Shown: positions 1 through 10,104 of the stretch, piece by piece
Numbering within the stretch: the first letter of the stretch is position 1
How the letters are laid out: every line of letters starts with the position of its first letter
IMG/VR virus record: IMGVR_UViG_3300012942_000059
Span: 1 to 50,115 of that record
DNA: 50,115 nt
Source of the DNA: a virus
Taxonomy: Duplodnaviria; Caudoviricetes
Reading direction: 5' to 3' (one strand)
Program-made: the position numbers and the translations under genes
Notes under the pieces: generated by a model
Told to the model about the DNA's origin: nothing
Database searches by the model: none
What the model saw: the letters and a program-made list of their open reading frames with translations, nothing else

Positions 1-123
1 CATCGGGGTAGGCTGTTCCGCGAAGGCTATCGAGGGCGGCGTTCGCGGCTTTTCGTATGGACGACATTTTGGGGCTCCCAAGTCCTTCCCATTTTTTGCA
101 CCAATCGCCCGACGCTTCAACCC
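1..123. repeat. Terminal direct repeat, left copy (circular-assembly overlap)
   Basis: 1..123 (catcggggta...cttcaaccc) is identical to 49993..50115. Confidence 0.95.
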
Positions 124-233
124 TCGCTAGATGGCCGGCAAAAAGAAGGGGCCGCCGCATCAACGCGGCGCTATGGACGTTTCGGCGCCAACTGTGTATG
201 TTTTGGCGCGCGACAATCTGGACATAGACGACA

Positions 234-1466
234 TTGGCCGATCCCGCTCCTTACGAAGTAAGCTTCAGCTTCGCCGGCTTCCAGGCCACGAGCCCGCAGG
301 AGCCGCTGCCGGGTGACGATCTCGACAACGAACTCGCGAATATCGCCACCGCGCTCAATACGACGATAGATGCGCTGAAGGACGTCCGCCGCGAAGACGG
401 TGCGCTCGTCAACGATATTGTCACGCTCGACAGCTTGGCCGACGAAGTGGTGACGAAGTTCCAAGGCGCTACGGCGTATCAGCTTGCCGTCGAGAACGGC
501 TTCACGGGCACGGAAACGGAATGGCTGGCCTCGCTTGACGGCTCCGACGGCACCGATGGGGCGAATGGCGCGGACGGCGTCGCCGCGACTATCACGATCG
601 GCACAATTACGACGCTTTCGCCGGGCACCGCCGCCACGGTGACGAATTCCGGAACGGATACCGCCGCCGTGCTGGATTTCGGGATCCCGCAGGGCGCAGC
701 CGGCGCGGCGGGCGCCGGCACCGGCGACATGCTCGCGGCGACGTATGACCCGAACAACAAGGGCGGCGACGCATTCGCGATGGCGAATATGTCGGAGGAC
801 ACGACCCACAAGGTCATGACTGGCGCCGAGCGGACGAAATTGACCGGCATCGCGACAGGAGCGACGAAGAACGACACCGACGCCAATCTGAAAAACCGTG
901 CCAACCATACCGGCACGCAGCTTGCGGCGACGATCTCGGATTTCAGCACGGCCGCCGACGCGCGCATAACCGCCGCGATCGGGACGACCGTGCAGGGCTA
1001 TTCTGCCGCGATCAATGGCACGACTGCTTCGTTCACGACGACACTAAAGACGAAACTGGACGGTATCGCCTCCGGCGCGACGGCGAACGATACGGACGCC
1101 AATCTGAAGAAGGAAGCGATCATCGTCGCGGTCGGCGACGAAACGAGCGCCGCTTCGGCGGGCACGGCGAAGGTCAAGTTTCGCCTGCCGTACGCCTTCA
1201 CGCTGCAGGAAGTGCGCGCGTCGCTGACGACCGCGCAGACCAGCGGCAGCATCTTCACGATCGACATCAACGAGAGCGGCACGTCGATCCTGTCGACGAA
1301 GCTGACGATCGACAACACGGAGAAGACGTCAAAGACCGCCGCGACCGCCGCGGTCATATCCGACACGGCGCTGGCCGACGACGCGGAAATTTCGATCGAC
1401 ATCGACCAGATCGGCAGCGGCACGGCGGCGGGCCTGAAAGTCGCGCTGATCGGGTATCGGACGTGA
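234..1466 (+). CDS. Tail fibre / receptor-binding adaptor protein
   Basis: TTG start. N-terminus (MADPAPYEVSFSFAGFQ..PLPGDDLDNELANI) is paralogous to the tailspike at 46768. Collagen-like GxDG stretch, AVLDFGIPQG motif, internal repeat TKLxGIAxGATxNDTDANLK x2. Confidence 0.75.
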   Translation: MADPAPYEVSFSFAGFQATSPQEPLPGDDLDNELANIATALNTTIDALKDVRREDGALVNDIVTLDSLADEVVTKFQGATAYQLAVENGFTGTETEWLASLDGSDGTDGANGADGVAATITIGTITTLSPGTAATVTNSGTDTAAVLDFGIPQGAAGAAGAGTGDMLAATYDPNNKGGDAFAMANMSEDTTHKVMTGAERTKLTGIATGATKNDTDANLKNRANHTGTQLAATISDFSTAADARITAAIGTTVQGYSAAINGTTASFTTTLKTKLDGIASGATANDTDANLKKEAIIVAVGDETSAASAGTAKVKFRLPYAFTLQEVRASLTTAQTSGSIFTIDINESGTSILSTKLTIDNTEKTSKTAATAAVISDTALADDAEISIDIDQIGSGTAAGLKVALIGYRT

Positions 1467-2146
1467 GCTTCGTAATCGCCCCTTACCGATTCGCGACCGT
1501 AGCGGCGCCGATCGCCTACACGACGGTTATGTCGCATACTGCGTTATCGAGGACCGTCAAGAACGCCAACCATTACACGGTATCACTACCCGCCCCCGCG
1601 TCTGGCAGAATGATGGTGCTTATGTGGACGGGTTTGGAGGGGAATGGCGCACCAACATCCGCCACGATTGGCGGGGTGACGGCGTACCTGAAAGTTTATA
1701 ATTTTCTTACGTCAGGATCGAAGGTGTGGCGACTGATCGTGGTCATAGCCGACGACGTTCCGCGCGATGGAAGCGGCAACGCAAGCCTCATAGTGAACTA
1801 CAGTTCCACGTTCGCGGGGACGTACACTCGCGAGGCCGTCGTTATCGGCGTCACCGGAGGCGTCGGCAGCAATGCGTTGGTTACCACGGCGTCAGCATCG
1901 ACTAAAACGCTCACTATATCGAGCGTTTCGACAGGAGAGAACGAAATTATCGTATGTATAGCGAGTAATAAATTTTACGGCGATAGCTGCTCTTGGTCCG
2001 GCGCGACAGAAATAGCGGATCAAGATGGCGATTTACGTGATTGCGCGGCTATTGTCGGAAAGAGTCATTCCGGAAATGTAACGTTCACCACTAGTAACTC
2101 AGATGGCCCTTACGGAGCGTGGGCTATGCTTATTAAACTCAGCTAA
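1463..2146 (+). CDS. Putative tail-tip / fibre-associated protein
   Basis: GTGA overlap with the fibre gene; beta-rich Ser/Thr/Gly composition; visibly more AT-rich codon usage. Confidence 0.5.
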   Translation: MSFVIAPYRFATVAAPIAYTTVMSHTALSRTVKNANHYTVSLPAPASGRMMVLMWTGLEGNGAPTSATIGGVTAYLKVYNFLTSGSKVWRLIVVIADDVPRDGSGNASLIVNYSSTFAGTYTREAVVIGVTGGVGSNALVTTASASTKTLTISSVSTGENEIIVCIASNKFYGDSCSWSGATEIADQDGDLRDCAAIVGKSHSGNVTFTTSNSDGPYGAWAMLIKLS

Positions 2147-2248
2147 TTGTCTGGAATGGCGATTGACATGAATATACGATTGAAACTCATCGAGCACTGG
2201 CGGCGTCGTTTCGATAGTCCGGAATGACGGGCGACAAGGAACACAACG

Positions 2249-3046
2249 ATGGACCTTAACTTCAAACGCGCAATTCCGCTGGTGCTTCGGGAAGAAGGCG
2301 GCTTTGTCAATAATCCGAAGGATCCAGGCGGCGCGACCAATAAGGGTGTCACGCTTGCGACCTTCCGCCGCTACGTGAAACCGAGCGGAACGGTCGCCGA
2401 CCTGAAGCGATTGACGACTGCGCAGGCCGAGACGGTCTATTACAAGCAGTATTGGTCCGCTGTCGACGGCCCCGCACTCCCCGCCGGCGTCGATTACGCG
2501 GTGTTCGATTTCGCGGTGAATTCCGGTCCAGCGCGGGCGGCGAAATATCTACAAGCGGTCGTCGGCGCTCCGCAGGACGGCAAGATCGGTCCGAAGACGA
2601 TCGCGGCGTGCGAAGCGATGGCCGCCGATGACGTCGTCAACAAACTTTGCGATCGTCGCATGGCGTTTCTGCGCGGCCTGAAGACGTGGACGACGTTTCA
2701 CAACGGCTGGACGGCTCGCGTCAGCCGCGTACGCGCGGCGGCGCTCGACATGGTCGGTAACCCGGCCGATGTCGTGACGAAAGAAGTACACGTCCCGGTT
2801 CCAGTCGAGAAACCGACCGTTCCGACGACCGTCGAAGTCAAGGTCAAGGAGAAGGTCGATTGGTGGGGCAAGCTGACCGGCGGGGCTGGTATCGGCGGCC
2901 TTGGCCTGAGCGGCGTTCTCGGCGCGGACTGGAAGACGATCCTGGCGGTCGGTGTCGTCGGCATCGCGGCGGTCGGCCTTTACTTCCTGATCCGCAATCG
3001 TGCGGTTGCCGGCGTCAAGGAAGTCCGCGCGGAGGTCGAAGCGTGA
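2249..3046 (+). CDS. Endolysin, glycoside hydrolase family 108 with PG-binding domain and hydrophobic C-terminal tail
   Basis: EGGFVNNPKDPGGATNKGVT and FDFAVNSGP motifs; QDGKIGPKT PG-binding motif; RBS AAGGA. Confidence 0.9.
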   Translation: MDLNFKRAIPLVLREEGGFVNNPKDPGGATNKGVTLATFRRYVKPSGTVADLKRLTTAQAETVYYKQYWSAVDGPALPAGVDYAVFDFAVNSGPARAAKYLQAVVGAPQDGKIGPKTIAACEAMAADDVVNKLCDRRMAFLRGLKTWTTFHNGWTARVSRVRAAALDMVGNPADVVTKEVHVPVPVEKPTVPTTVEVKVKEKVDWWGKLTGGAGIGGLGLSGVLGADWKTILAVGVVGIAAVGLYFLIRNRAVAGVKEVRAEVEA

Positions 3047-3333
3047 GTTTCTTGCTGGCGGCGTGGGCGTACCGGAAAGCGATCGCGCTCGGCGTGCTGA
3101 TCGCCGCGGTTCCGGTTGCGTACGTCGTCGGGCACGCACGCGGCGATAGGCAAGGGTACGACAGGCGAATCGCCGAGCAGGCGGTCGCGGACACGAAGGC
3201 AGAGGCCGAAAGGAAGGGCGATGACGCTAAAATCGGCAATATGGCGGATTACGATCTTTGCGTCGCTTCTTTGCAGCGTCGCGGCTTGCCAATCGACGCC
3301 TGCGACGAGCTGCGCGGGCTTCAGTCTGAATAA
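3043..3333 (+). CDS. i-spanin (Rz-like)
   Basis: GTG start overlapping the endolysin stop; N-terminal TM helix (IALGVLIAAVPVAYVVG) then a charged helical region; overlaps a lipoprotein ORF. Confidence 0.65.
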   Translation: MSFLLAAWAYRKAIALGVLIAAVPVAYVVGHARGDRQGYDRRIAEQAVADTKAEAERKGDDAKIGNMADYDLCVASLQRRGLPIDACDELRGLQSE

Positions 3334-3439
3334 TTTGTCAGCGGCCGGCACGGTGGCGCTCATCAAGGCCGACCGGCCCGGCTTCAATAGGGTCGAAGCG
3401 AATGACAGGAATTTCGAGCGGCGGAAATGTGGGACTTGA
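3221..3439 (+). CDS. o-spanin (Rz1-like lipoprotein)
   Basis: MTLKSAIWRITIFASLLCSVAA-C signal peptide and lipobox; partly nested in another frame of the Rz-like gene. Confidence 0.7.
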   Translation: MTLKSAIWRITIFASLLCSVAACQSTPATSCAGFSLNNLSAAGTVALIKADRPGFNRVEANDRNFERRKCGT

Positions 3440-3552
3440 AGCATTTCCGGCGCATGTGGCGCGAGGCGTTCGCGTCCGATAAGTGCATACTTATGTGTTA
3501 CGGCGCGTTTGCCTTTGCGATTGCCGGTTTCATCTTTCTACGCGTGGCATAG
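3436..3552 (+). CDS. Small membrane peptide (38 aa), possible holin/antiholin
   Basis: TTG overlapping the o-spanin stop; MKHFRRMWREAFASDKCILMCYGAFAFAIAGFIFLRVA; below the ORF-track length cutoff. Confidence 0.35.
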   Translation: MKHFRRMWREAFASDKCILMCYGAFAFAIAGFIFLRVA

Positions 3553-3565
3553 GGCAACGGGGCTG

Positions 3566-3991
3566 ATGGCGGATCAGATGCAGCAAAATCGCGAAGTCAA
3601 CGTGAACTGGCTCCGGGTAAACGTCCCTTCGGTGGTAAGCATCGTCGTCGTTGGCGTCGGCGTGGCGATGTACGTGCAAAGCCTCGCCAGTCGTGTCGAA
3701 CAGATCGAACAGATGCGGGTGGCGCGTTCCGATCTGGTCGACAAGAACTTCGACCAGATACAGGCGCAACTTCAGCCGCTCGTGAATCTGCCCTACCGCA
3801 TGGGGAACGTCGAGCAGGGCCTGCTGACAACGAATCAGCGGATGGATACCTATCTTCAGACGCTCGGCACGAAGATTGACGGCGTGAGCGAGCGCGTAAA
3901 CGGCCTGACGACAAAGGTCGAAGTCCTGGCGCAGAAGATAGACGCTTTGTCGCCGGAAAAACGCGCCGATATCGAGCGGCAAATACGCTGA
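3566..3991 (+). CDS. Single-TM coiled-coil protein (lysis-associated hypothetical)
   Basis: TM segment VVSIVVVGVGVAMYV followed by heptad-rich region; lies between lysis genes and terL. Confidence 0.6.
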   Translation: MADQMQQNREVNVNWLRVNVPSVVSIVVVGVGVAMYVQSLASRVEQIEQMRVARSDLVDKNFDQIQAQLQPLVNLPYRMGNVEQGLLTTNQRMDTYLQTLGTKIDGVSERVNGLTTKVEVLAQKIDALSPEKRADIERQIR

Positions 3992-5635
3992 ATGCCGCAC
4001 CCGCACGCCATCAACCCGAAGACCGGCAAGCGGTACAACTTCGTCGATCCGCGCCAGGCCGAGATCGAAGAGGCGGCGCGCGAACGCGAACTCAAATCGC
4101 AGATCGCGCTGCTCGAGCGTCAGCAGATGGCGCAGGCGGCGCGCGACGATCTCCTGAAGTTCACCAAGTTCACGATGCCGGATCCGGAAGCACCGAATGA
4201 CGTGCATCGGTCGCGGTATGAAGACGAGCGATTTCACCGTGCTATCGCGGCCGATCTGACGAAGTTGATCGACGGCGAACTCGGCACGAATCAGATTATT
4301 TTCGTGATGCCGCCGCGCCACGGGAAGACGCAGCTTTCCACGAAGAGCCTGTCGGCATGGGTGAGCGGGAAATTCCCGGCATGGGACATCGCGGTCGCGT
4401 CCTACAGCGATACGATGGCCGAAGACATGGGCGCCGATACGCGCGCCATCATGCAGACGCCGCAGTTCCGCCAGGTTTTTCCAACGCATCGCCTGCGGCG
4501 TGGCGGCACGTCGAAGAGCAACATCCAGACGACCGAAGGCGGGCGCCTCGTCTTCGTCGGCCGCGGCGGTGCGTTGACCGGGCGCGGCATGCACCTTGGC
4601 ATCGGCGACGATCTCTTCAAGGACCACGAGGAAGCACGGTCGCAGGCCGTTCGTGATGCGGCATGGAACTGGTTCACGAAGGTCTTCATGACCCGCCGCA
4701 TGGGGCCGAAGTTCGTAATCCTGACGTTCACACGCTGGCATTCCGACGACATAATCGGTCGGCTGACGGACCCGGAAAACCCGAACTACAACGAGATCGA
4801 AGCGAAGAAGTGGAAGATCATCCGTTTGCCGGCTATCGCGGAAGAGGGCGACCCGCTCGGCCGCAAGGAAGGCGAACCGCTGTGGCCGGAGCGGTACGAT
4901 CTTGATTTTCTGCTCAGTCAGCAGCGTCTCGACCCGCTCGGCTTCGCCGCGCTCTATCAGCAAAGGCCGACCGTCGCCGACGGCATTCTGTTTCGCCGCG
5001 AGACGATCCAGTATTACACGCCGGACGAATTGCCGGAGAATCTGCGCTACTATTGCGCTTCGGACCACGCCGTCGGCACGAACCAGCGGAACGACCCGTC
5101 GTGCTTGATAAAAGTCGGTGTCGACGCGCAGGACAACATTTATCTCATCGACGCGATCTGGCGACGAATGCCGACTGATGAAGCGGTCGAAGCGATGCTG
5201 GCAATGGCCGGCGGGAACAAGCGGCCGCTTCTGTGGTGGGCGGAACGCGGTCACATTTCCAAGTCTATCGGGCCGTTCCTGCGCAAGCGGATGTTGGAAT
5301 CAGGCACGTACATCAATCTCGTCGAAGTCACGCCGGCGGTCGACAAGGAACAGCGCGCGCAGTCGATCGCCGCCCGCGTCGCCATGGGGAAGGTCTACTT
5401 CCCGAAGGGCGCCTGGTGGGCGGAAAAGGCCATCAGCGAACTCCTGGCATTCCCGAACGGAACGCACGATGACTTTGTTGACGCGCTCGCGTATATTGGC
5501 CTTGGCCTTCAGAGCCAGTTCGGCCCGTCAAAGCCGAGAGTGCAGCCGAAATCCCACGAGGGAACGTTCGGCTGGTTAAAGAAGCAAGAGGATTGGCGAC
5601 GTGCCCGTGAACGGGCGGTCGCGAACGGGATTTGA
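3992..5635 (+). CDS. terL: Terminase large subunit
   Basis: Walker A MPPRHGKT, Walker B GIGDD, TRWHSDD coupling region, C-terminal nuclease FPNGTHDDFVDA. Confidence 0.95.
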   Translation: MPHPHAINPKTGKRYNFVDPRQAEIEEAARERELKSQIALLERQQMAQAARDDLLKFTKFTMPDPEAPNDVHRSRYEDERFHRAIAADLTKLIDGELGTNQIIFVMPPRHGKTQLSTKSLSAWVSGKFPAWDIAVASYSDTMAEDMGADTRAIMQTPQFRQVFPTHRLRRGGTSKSNIQTTEGGRLVFVGRGGALTGRGMHLGIGDDLFKDHEEARSQAVRDAAWNWFTKVFMTRRMGPKFVILTFTRWHSDDIIGRLTDPENPNYNEIEAKKWKIIRLPAIAEEGDPLGRKEGEPLWPERYDLDFLLSQQRLDPLGFAALYQQRPTVADGILFRRETIQYYTPDELPENLRYYCASDHAVGTNQRNDPSCLIKVGVDAQDNIYLIDAIWRRMPTDEAVEAMLAMAGGNKRPLLWWAERGHISKSIGPFLRKRMLESGTYINLVEVTPAVDKEQRAQSIAARVAMGKVYFPKGAWWAEKAISELLAFPNGTHDDFVDALAYIGLGLQSQFGPSKPRVQPKSHEGTFGWLKKQEDWRRARERAVANGI

Positions 5636-5640
5636 CCGGA

Positions 5641-7857
5641 ATGGCGTACGACAGCGACGAACAAACCGACGCAACGGCCGACAGCGCCGCGGTCGACACG
5701 AACGAAGCGAAGGACGGCGAGCAGTCCCCTTCCGAAGCGCAGCTCGTCAAGGACATCCGCAAGAAGGTGAAAGCCGACAAGTCGTTCTTCGCGAAGGACT
5801 ACGACCGCATGCGCGAGGACATGTTCGTCGCGCGCTACGGCCGCGGCAAGGATTATCCGGCCCATCACTACACGGCCAATCTCGCGGGCCGCCACGTCAA
5901 GCAGAAGACGGCCGCGCTCTACGCGAAGAACCCGAAGATCGTCGCGCGTCGCCGCGAGACAATGGATTTCACGATATGGGACGAAGACCCGAAGTCGCTG
6001 GAATTGGCGTATAAGACGATCGCGATGGCGAAAGCCGCGCTCGCCCAGGCGCAGAACCCGACCGACCCGATGACCGGCGCTCCGGTTCCGCCAGCATCTG
6101 ATCCGATGACCGGCGAACCGGCGCTTCCGCGCGTCCCGCCGGAGATCGAGCAGGCTTTCGAAACCGCGCAGAGCACCATCGCCGACTACCAGCAGGGCAT
6201 GCAGAAGCGCCTGATGATGCAGCGCGTCGGGAAGACGCTGCAGATTCTCTTCGCGCAGCAGCTTCGCGAACAGAAGCCGGCGGACTTCAAGACCGGCATG
6301 AAACAGGCTGTGCGCCGCGCGACCGTTACCGGCGTCGCCTATGTCGAACTCGGCTTTCAGCGCGAATACGGCCCGCGCACCGGCTTGACCGAACAAATGG
6401 ACGACATTCGCGTCCGGCTCGACCATCTTCGCACGCTCGCCAGCAATCTTACCGACGAAGAGAACCCCGTGATGCCGGACGACCCGGAGATCGCGGAACT
6501 CGAAAAGGGCCTCGCCGCGCTTCAGGCCGAACCGGAAGTCATCACGCGCGAAGGTCTCATCATCGACTTTCCGCAAGCCACGCGCGTCATTCCTGACAAG
6601 CTGTGTCGAAATTTGACCGGCTTTGTCGGCGCTAGGCACGTCACGGTCGAATATCTCTACACCTGCGAGCAGGTGAAGGAGATTTTCGACGTCGATCTCG
6701 GCAAGAACTACAACGGCTATGTGCGGGACATGAAGAATCCCGCAACGGAAGACGGCGACAAGGACGCCCTTCCGGATGACACGTCTTATTCGCCGGCGAA
6801 GAAAGGCCAGGGTCTCGTTTGTGTCTGGAAGACCTACGACAAGCCGTCCGGCCTCGTCTATTACACCGCCGACGGCTACGCGAAATTCCTGAAGGAGCCC
6901 GCCTCGCCCGACGTATTCGTCGAAGACTTTTGGCCGGTCTACGCGCTGACATTCAACGAGATCGAGAACGAAGACCGCATCTTCCCGCTCTCCGACGTGC
7001 ATCTGATGTACGAGCAGCAAAAAGAATGGAACATGTCGCGGCAGGCCAAGCGGGAGCATCGTTATGCCGCGCGGCCGCGTTGGTTCTACAAAAACGGCGC
7101 GCTCGATAAGGAAGACGTCGAAGCGATCAAGAAGACCGGACCGCTGGAAGCGACGGGGCTCAATACGGACGGCGCTCTGAAAGACGTTTTCGATGCTCTC
7201 CCCGTCCCCGGCGTCGATCCGAATCTGTACGAGACCGGCGAGTTCTTCACCGACATCCAGTATGTCACCGGCTCGTCGGAATCGCAGTTCGGCGTCACCG
7301 GCAACGCGACGGCCACCGGCGAATCTATCGCGGCGAACTCGTCGAAGTCGGCCGATGATTCGAGCATCGACGATCTCGACGCTTTCCTGACGGTCGTGGC
7401 GCGTGGTGGCGGCCAGATCCTGCTTCGCGAAATGTCCGAAGAACAGGTCAAGATAATCGTCGGCGTCGGCGCCATGTGGCCGCATATGTCGCTTTCCGAG
7501 ATCGCCGACGAACTCTATCTAGAGGTCGAAGCGGGCTCGACGGGCAAGCCGAACCAGGCCGTCGAAGTCAACAACTGGAAGAATCTCCTGCCGTTCCTGA
7601 TGCAGATGCCCGGCATAAGCCCTGTATGGCTGGCGCGTGAGACGATCCGCCGGCTCGACGACAACGCCGATCTGACGGAAGCGCTCACGCAGGACATTCC
7701 GTCCATCGTCGCGCAGAACGGTCTCGCTACTATGTCGACCGGAAATCAGCAGACGGATCCGAACGCGCAAGGGGCCGAAGGCGCGAAGAACGCGCCGCAG
7801 CCGCATAGCCGCACGGAGGGTACGGACGCGGCCTTCGGCGATAACAAGACGCAATGA
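5641..7857 (+). CDS. Portal protein (podovirus type)
   Basis: About 740 aa, directly after terL and before scaffold/capsid; ATG at 5641 (TTG at 5632 is an alternative). Confidence 0.8.
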   Translation: MAYDSDEQTDATADSAAVDTNEAKDGEQSPSEAQLVKDIRKKVKADKSFFAKDYDRMREDMFVARYGRGKDYPAHHYTANLAGRHVKQKTAALYAKNPKIVARRRETMDFTIWDEDPKSLELAYKTIAMAKAALAQAQNPTDPMTGAPVPPASDPMTGEPALPRVPPEIEQAFETAQSTIADYQQGMQKRLMMQRVGKTLQILFAQQLREQKPADFKTGMKQAVRRATVTGVAYVELGFQREYGPRTGLTEQMDDIRVRLDHLRTLASNLTDEENPVMPDDPEIAELEKGLAALQAEPEVITREGLIIDFPQATRVIPDKLCRNLTGFVGARHVTVEYLYTCEQVKEIFDVDLGKNYNGYVRDMKNPATEDGDKDALPDDTSYSPAKKGQGLVCVWKTYDKPSGLVYYTADGYAKFLKEPASPDVFVEDFWPVYALTFNEIENEDRIFPLSDVHLMYEQQKEWNMSRQAKREHRYAARPRWFYKNGALDKEDVEAIKKTGPLEATGLNTDGALKDVFDALPVPGVDPNLYETGEFFTDIQYVTGSSESQFGVTGNATATGESIAANSSKSADDSSIDDLDAFLTVVARGGGQILLREMSEEQVKIIVGVGAMWPHMSLSEIADELYLEVEAGSTGKPNQAVEVNNWKNLLPFLMQMPGISPVWLARETIRRLDDNADLTEALTQDIPSIVAQNGLATMSTGNQQTDPNAQGAEGAKNAPQPHSRTEGTDAAFGDNKTQ

Positions 7858-7933
7858 TTGTCCGTAATGGCGGGCGACACTTGCGACATACCGGACAAAT
7901 GTGTATTTTCATGTCGAACCAACAGGAGCGTAA

Positions 7934-8959
7934 ATGCCTCCCGAACTAGAAAATGACGCCGCGGAACTCGATCAGGTCGATCCGAACGAAGCGGCTCAGG
8001 ACGGAGCGGATGCCTCGAAAGAGGCCGAGCAATCCGCGAACGCAGATTCGTCCGCTGCGACCGACGCAAGCAAAACCGAAGGTGACGAGACCCTTTCGGT
8101 CGTCCGCGATGTGGTCGACGGGAAGACTCAGAAGCCGGCGGCGGCCTCGTCAGCCGATGGCGCCGAAGACGGGCAGCAGCCCGGTGCGAAGGCTCCGAAG
8201 GAACCCAAGGAACCGGACAACGAGAACTACACCGATGTCCCGTTCAACAAGCACCCGCGGTTTCAGGAAGTTCTCGGGAAACTGAAGACTGCCGAAACCG
8301 ACGCGCAGCGGTACAGGAACGTCGAGACGTTCATTGATGAGCAAGGGCTGTCCGGCGACGAAGCCGCCAGTCTTCTGCGCATCGGCGGGCTCATCAAGAC
8401 GAACCCCGCCGAAGCATGGAAGCAGATGCAACCTGTGGTGCAGAATGTCCTGATTGCGGCGGGCGAACTGCTCCCCGACGATCTGAAACAGATGGTCACT
8501 GAGGGCAAGATGACGCCCGAAGCTGCGCTGGAAGTTTCGCGGTCGCGGGCGGCGGTGAAGTCCACCGAAGCGCGGACGCAGTTCGATCAGAAGCGGTCTG
8601 AGAGCCGCCAACAGACCGATCGGCACAACGCTATTCAGGGCGCGGTTTCCTCCTGGCAGTCTGAGCGCAAGGGCCGCGACCCGAACTTCGAAGCCAAAAT
8701 GCCTGCTCTTCAGCGGGAGATCGCATGGCTTCAGGCCCGAGAAGGCCGCCCCGATACGCCGGAAGGCGTCAGGGCGCAGCTTCAGAAGGCTTACGACGCG
8801 GTTTCGGCGGCTTACTCGCCGCCGGCCAATCCGCGTCAGAAGAAGCCGGCGATTCGACCGATCACCGGAGGGCAGGCCGCAAGCGGAAACGCGCGCCCCG
8901 AGATCAATGACACGCTCGACGCTGTGAACGCCGTCATTTCTCGGAGGGCTGCAGGCTGA
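7934..8959 (+). CDS. Scaffolding protein
   Basis: Acidic, disordered N-terminus; PFNKHPRFQEV motif; helical; lies between portal and capsid; RBS AGGAG. Confidence 0.7.
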   Translation: MPPELENDAAELDQVDPNEAAQDGADASKEAEQSANADSSAATDASKTEGDETLSVVRDVVDGKTQKPAAASSADGAEDGQQPGAKAPKEPKEPDNENYTDVPFNKHPRFQEVLGKLKTAETDAQRYRNVETFIDEQGLSGDEAASLLRIGGLIKTNPAEAWKQMQPVVQNVLIAAGELLPDDLKQMVTEGKMTPEAALEVSRSRAAVKSTEARTQFDQKRSESRQQTDRHNAIQGAVSSWQSERKGRDPNFEAKMPALQREIAWLQAREGRPDTPEGVRAQLQKAYDAVSAAYSPPANPRQKKPAIRPITGGQAASGNARPEINDTLDAVNAVISRRAAG

Positions 8960-8973
8960 CAGGAATCCGAGAG

Positions 8974-10044
8974 ATGGCATCTCTTACGGCAGACGAACTA
9001 TCCGACATCAACAACATGGCGCTCGAGACCTACCTGAACAAGGGCAAGGTCTTCAAGCAGGACGTGGCGAACAAGCCGATGCTCGCCGCGTTTCAGGCGA
9101 AAGCGGGGCAGTTCCCCGGCGGCAAGGAGTATGTCTCCTTCCTGGTCGGCTCCGGTTACGGCGGCGGCACGCTCGCCGGCTACACCGGCGACGATCAGTT
9201 GTCGCACTACAACCCGACGGGTTCCGCCCGCGCTCGCATGGCGTGGAAGGAACATTACATCGGCATGGTCGTCACGCAGACCGAACTGAAAATGGACGGC
9301 ATCGATGTCGTCGAGCGCGGTTCGGATCAGACGACTTCCGAGATGTCGGGCCGCGAGGCGCAGGCGCTCGCCAACATCTTCGACGAGAAGATGGAGAAGC
9401 TTGGCGCCGACTACAACTTCTCGCTCGACCGCCTCATCCACGACGACGGTTCGACCGACGTGAAGGCCCTTGCCGGCATCAAGGCTTTCCTTCTGGAAGA
9501 CCCGGATACCGGCTCGACCGAAAACGTTAGTCGCGTGGCGAACACATGGTGGCGGAACGACGCCATGACCACGGCGTCGGGCGGCGTCATTACGTCCGCG
9601 ACCACAAATGGCGGCGCGCTTATCGAGGCGATGGACAAGGCGGCTCGCCGCCGGTCCAAGTACGCCAACGGTCAGACGTCGGTTCGCTACTTCTGTGGCT
9701 CGGACTTCATCGACGCCTACAAGAAGGAAATGCGGGCCAACGGCTACTACACACAGACGGGATGGAAGGGGCAGACCCCCGACGGTTCGATGGCCGATCC
9801 GAACCACGCCGGGCTTCCGCTTGAATGGGATCCGACCATGGACGATCTCAGCAAGTCGAAGTTCTGCTACGCGATCGACATGGGCGCCCGCGGCCTCCGG
9901 CTGATGTACATGGACGGCCAGAAGTACAAGAAGCACAACCCGGCCCGGCCCTACGACCGCATGGTGATGTACAACGGCATCTCCATGACCGGCGTGATGG
10001 TCGCCCGGCAGCTCAACACTTCCGGCATCTACGAAATCGCCTGA
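8974..10044 (+). CDS. Major capsid protein
   Basis: 356 aa, strongly biased codon usage, follows scaffold, followed by a hairpin. Confidence 0.85.
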   Translation: MASLTADELSDINNMALETYLNKGKVFKQDVANKPMLAAFQAKAGQFPGGKEYVSFLVGSGYGGGTLAGYTGDDQLSHYNPTGSARARMAWKEHYIGMVVTQTELKMDGIDVVERGSDQTTSEMSGREAQALANIFDEKMEKLGADYNFSLDRLIHDDGSTDVKALAGIKAFLLEDPDTGSTENVSRVANTWWRNDAMTTASGGVITSATTNGGALIEAMDKAARRRSKYANGQTSVRYFCGSDFIDAYKKEMRANGYYTQTGWKGQTPDGSMADPNHAGLPLEWDPTMDDLSKSKFCYAIDMGARGLRLMYMDGQKYKKHNPARPYDRMVMYNGISMTGVMVARQLNTSGIYEIA

Positions 10045-10052
10045 TCTGAGTA

Positions 10053-10080
10053 GCGGGGCTCCAGCCCCGCCTCTTCCCTT
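10053..10080 (+). terminator. Hairpin / putative intrinsic terminator after capsid gene
   Basis: gcggggct-cc-agccccgc followed by ctcttccctt. Confidence 0.55.
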
Positions 10081-10104
10081 CAACACGAAATCGAGGTTAC
10101 TCAG

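Noticed and set aside
1-123. Terminal repeat as a biological DTR
   Set aside because: It cuts through a coding region (49850..50059) and its length fits an assembler overlap; treated as circularity evidence only.
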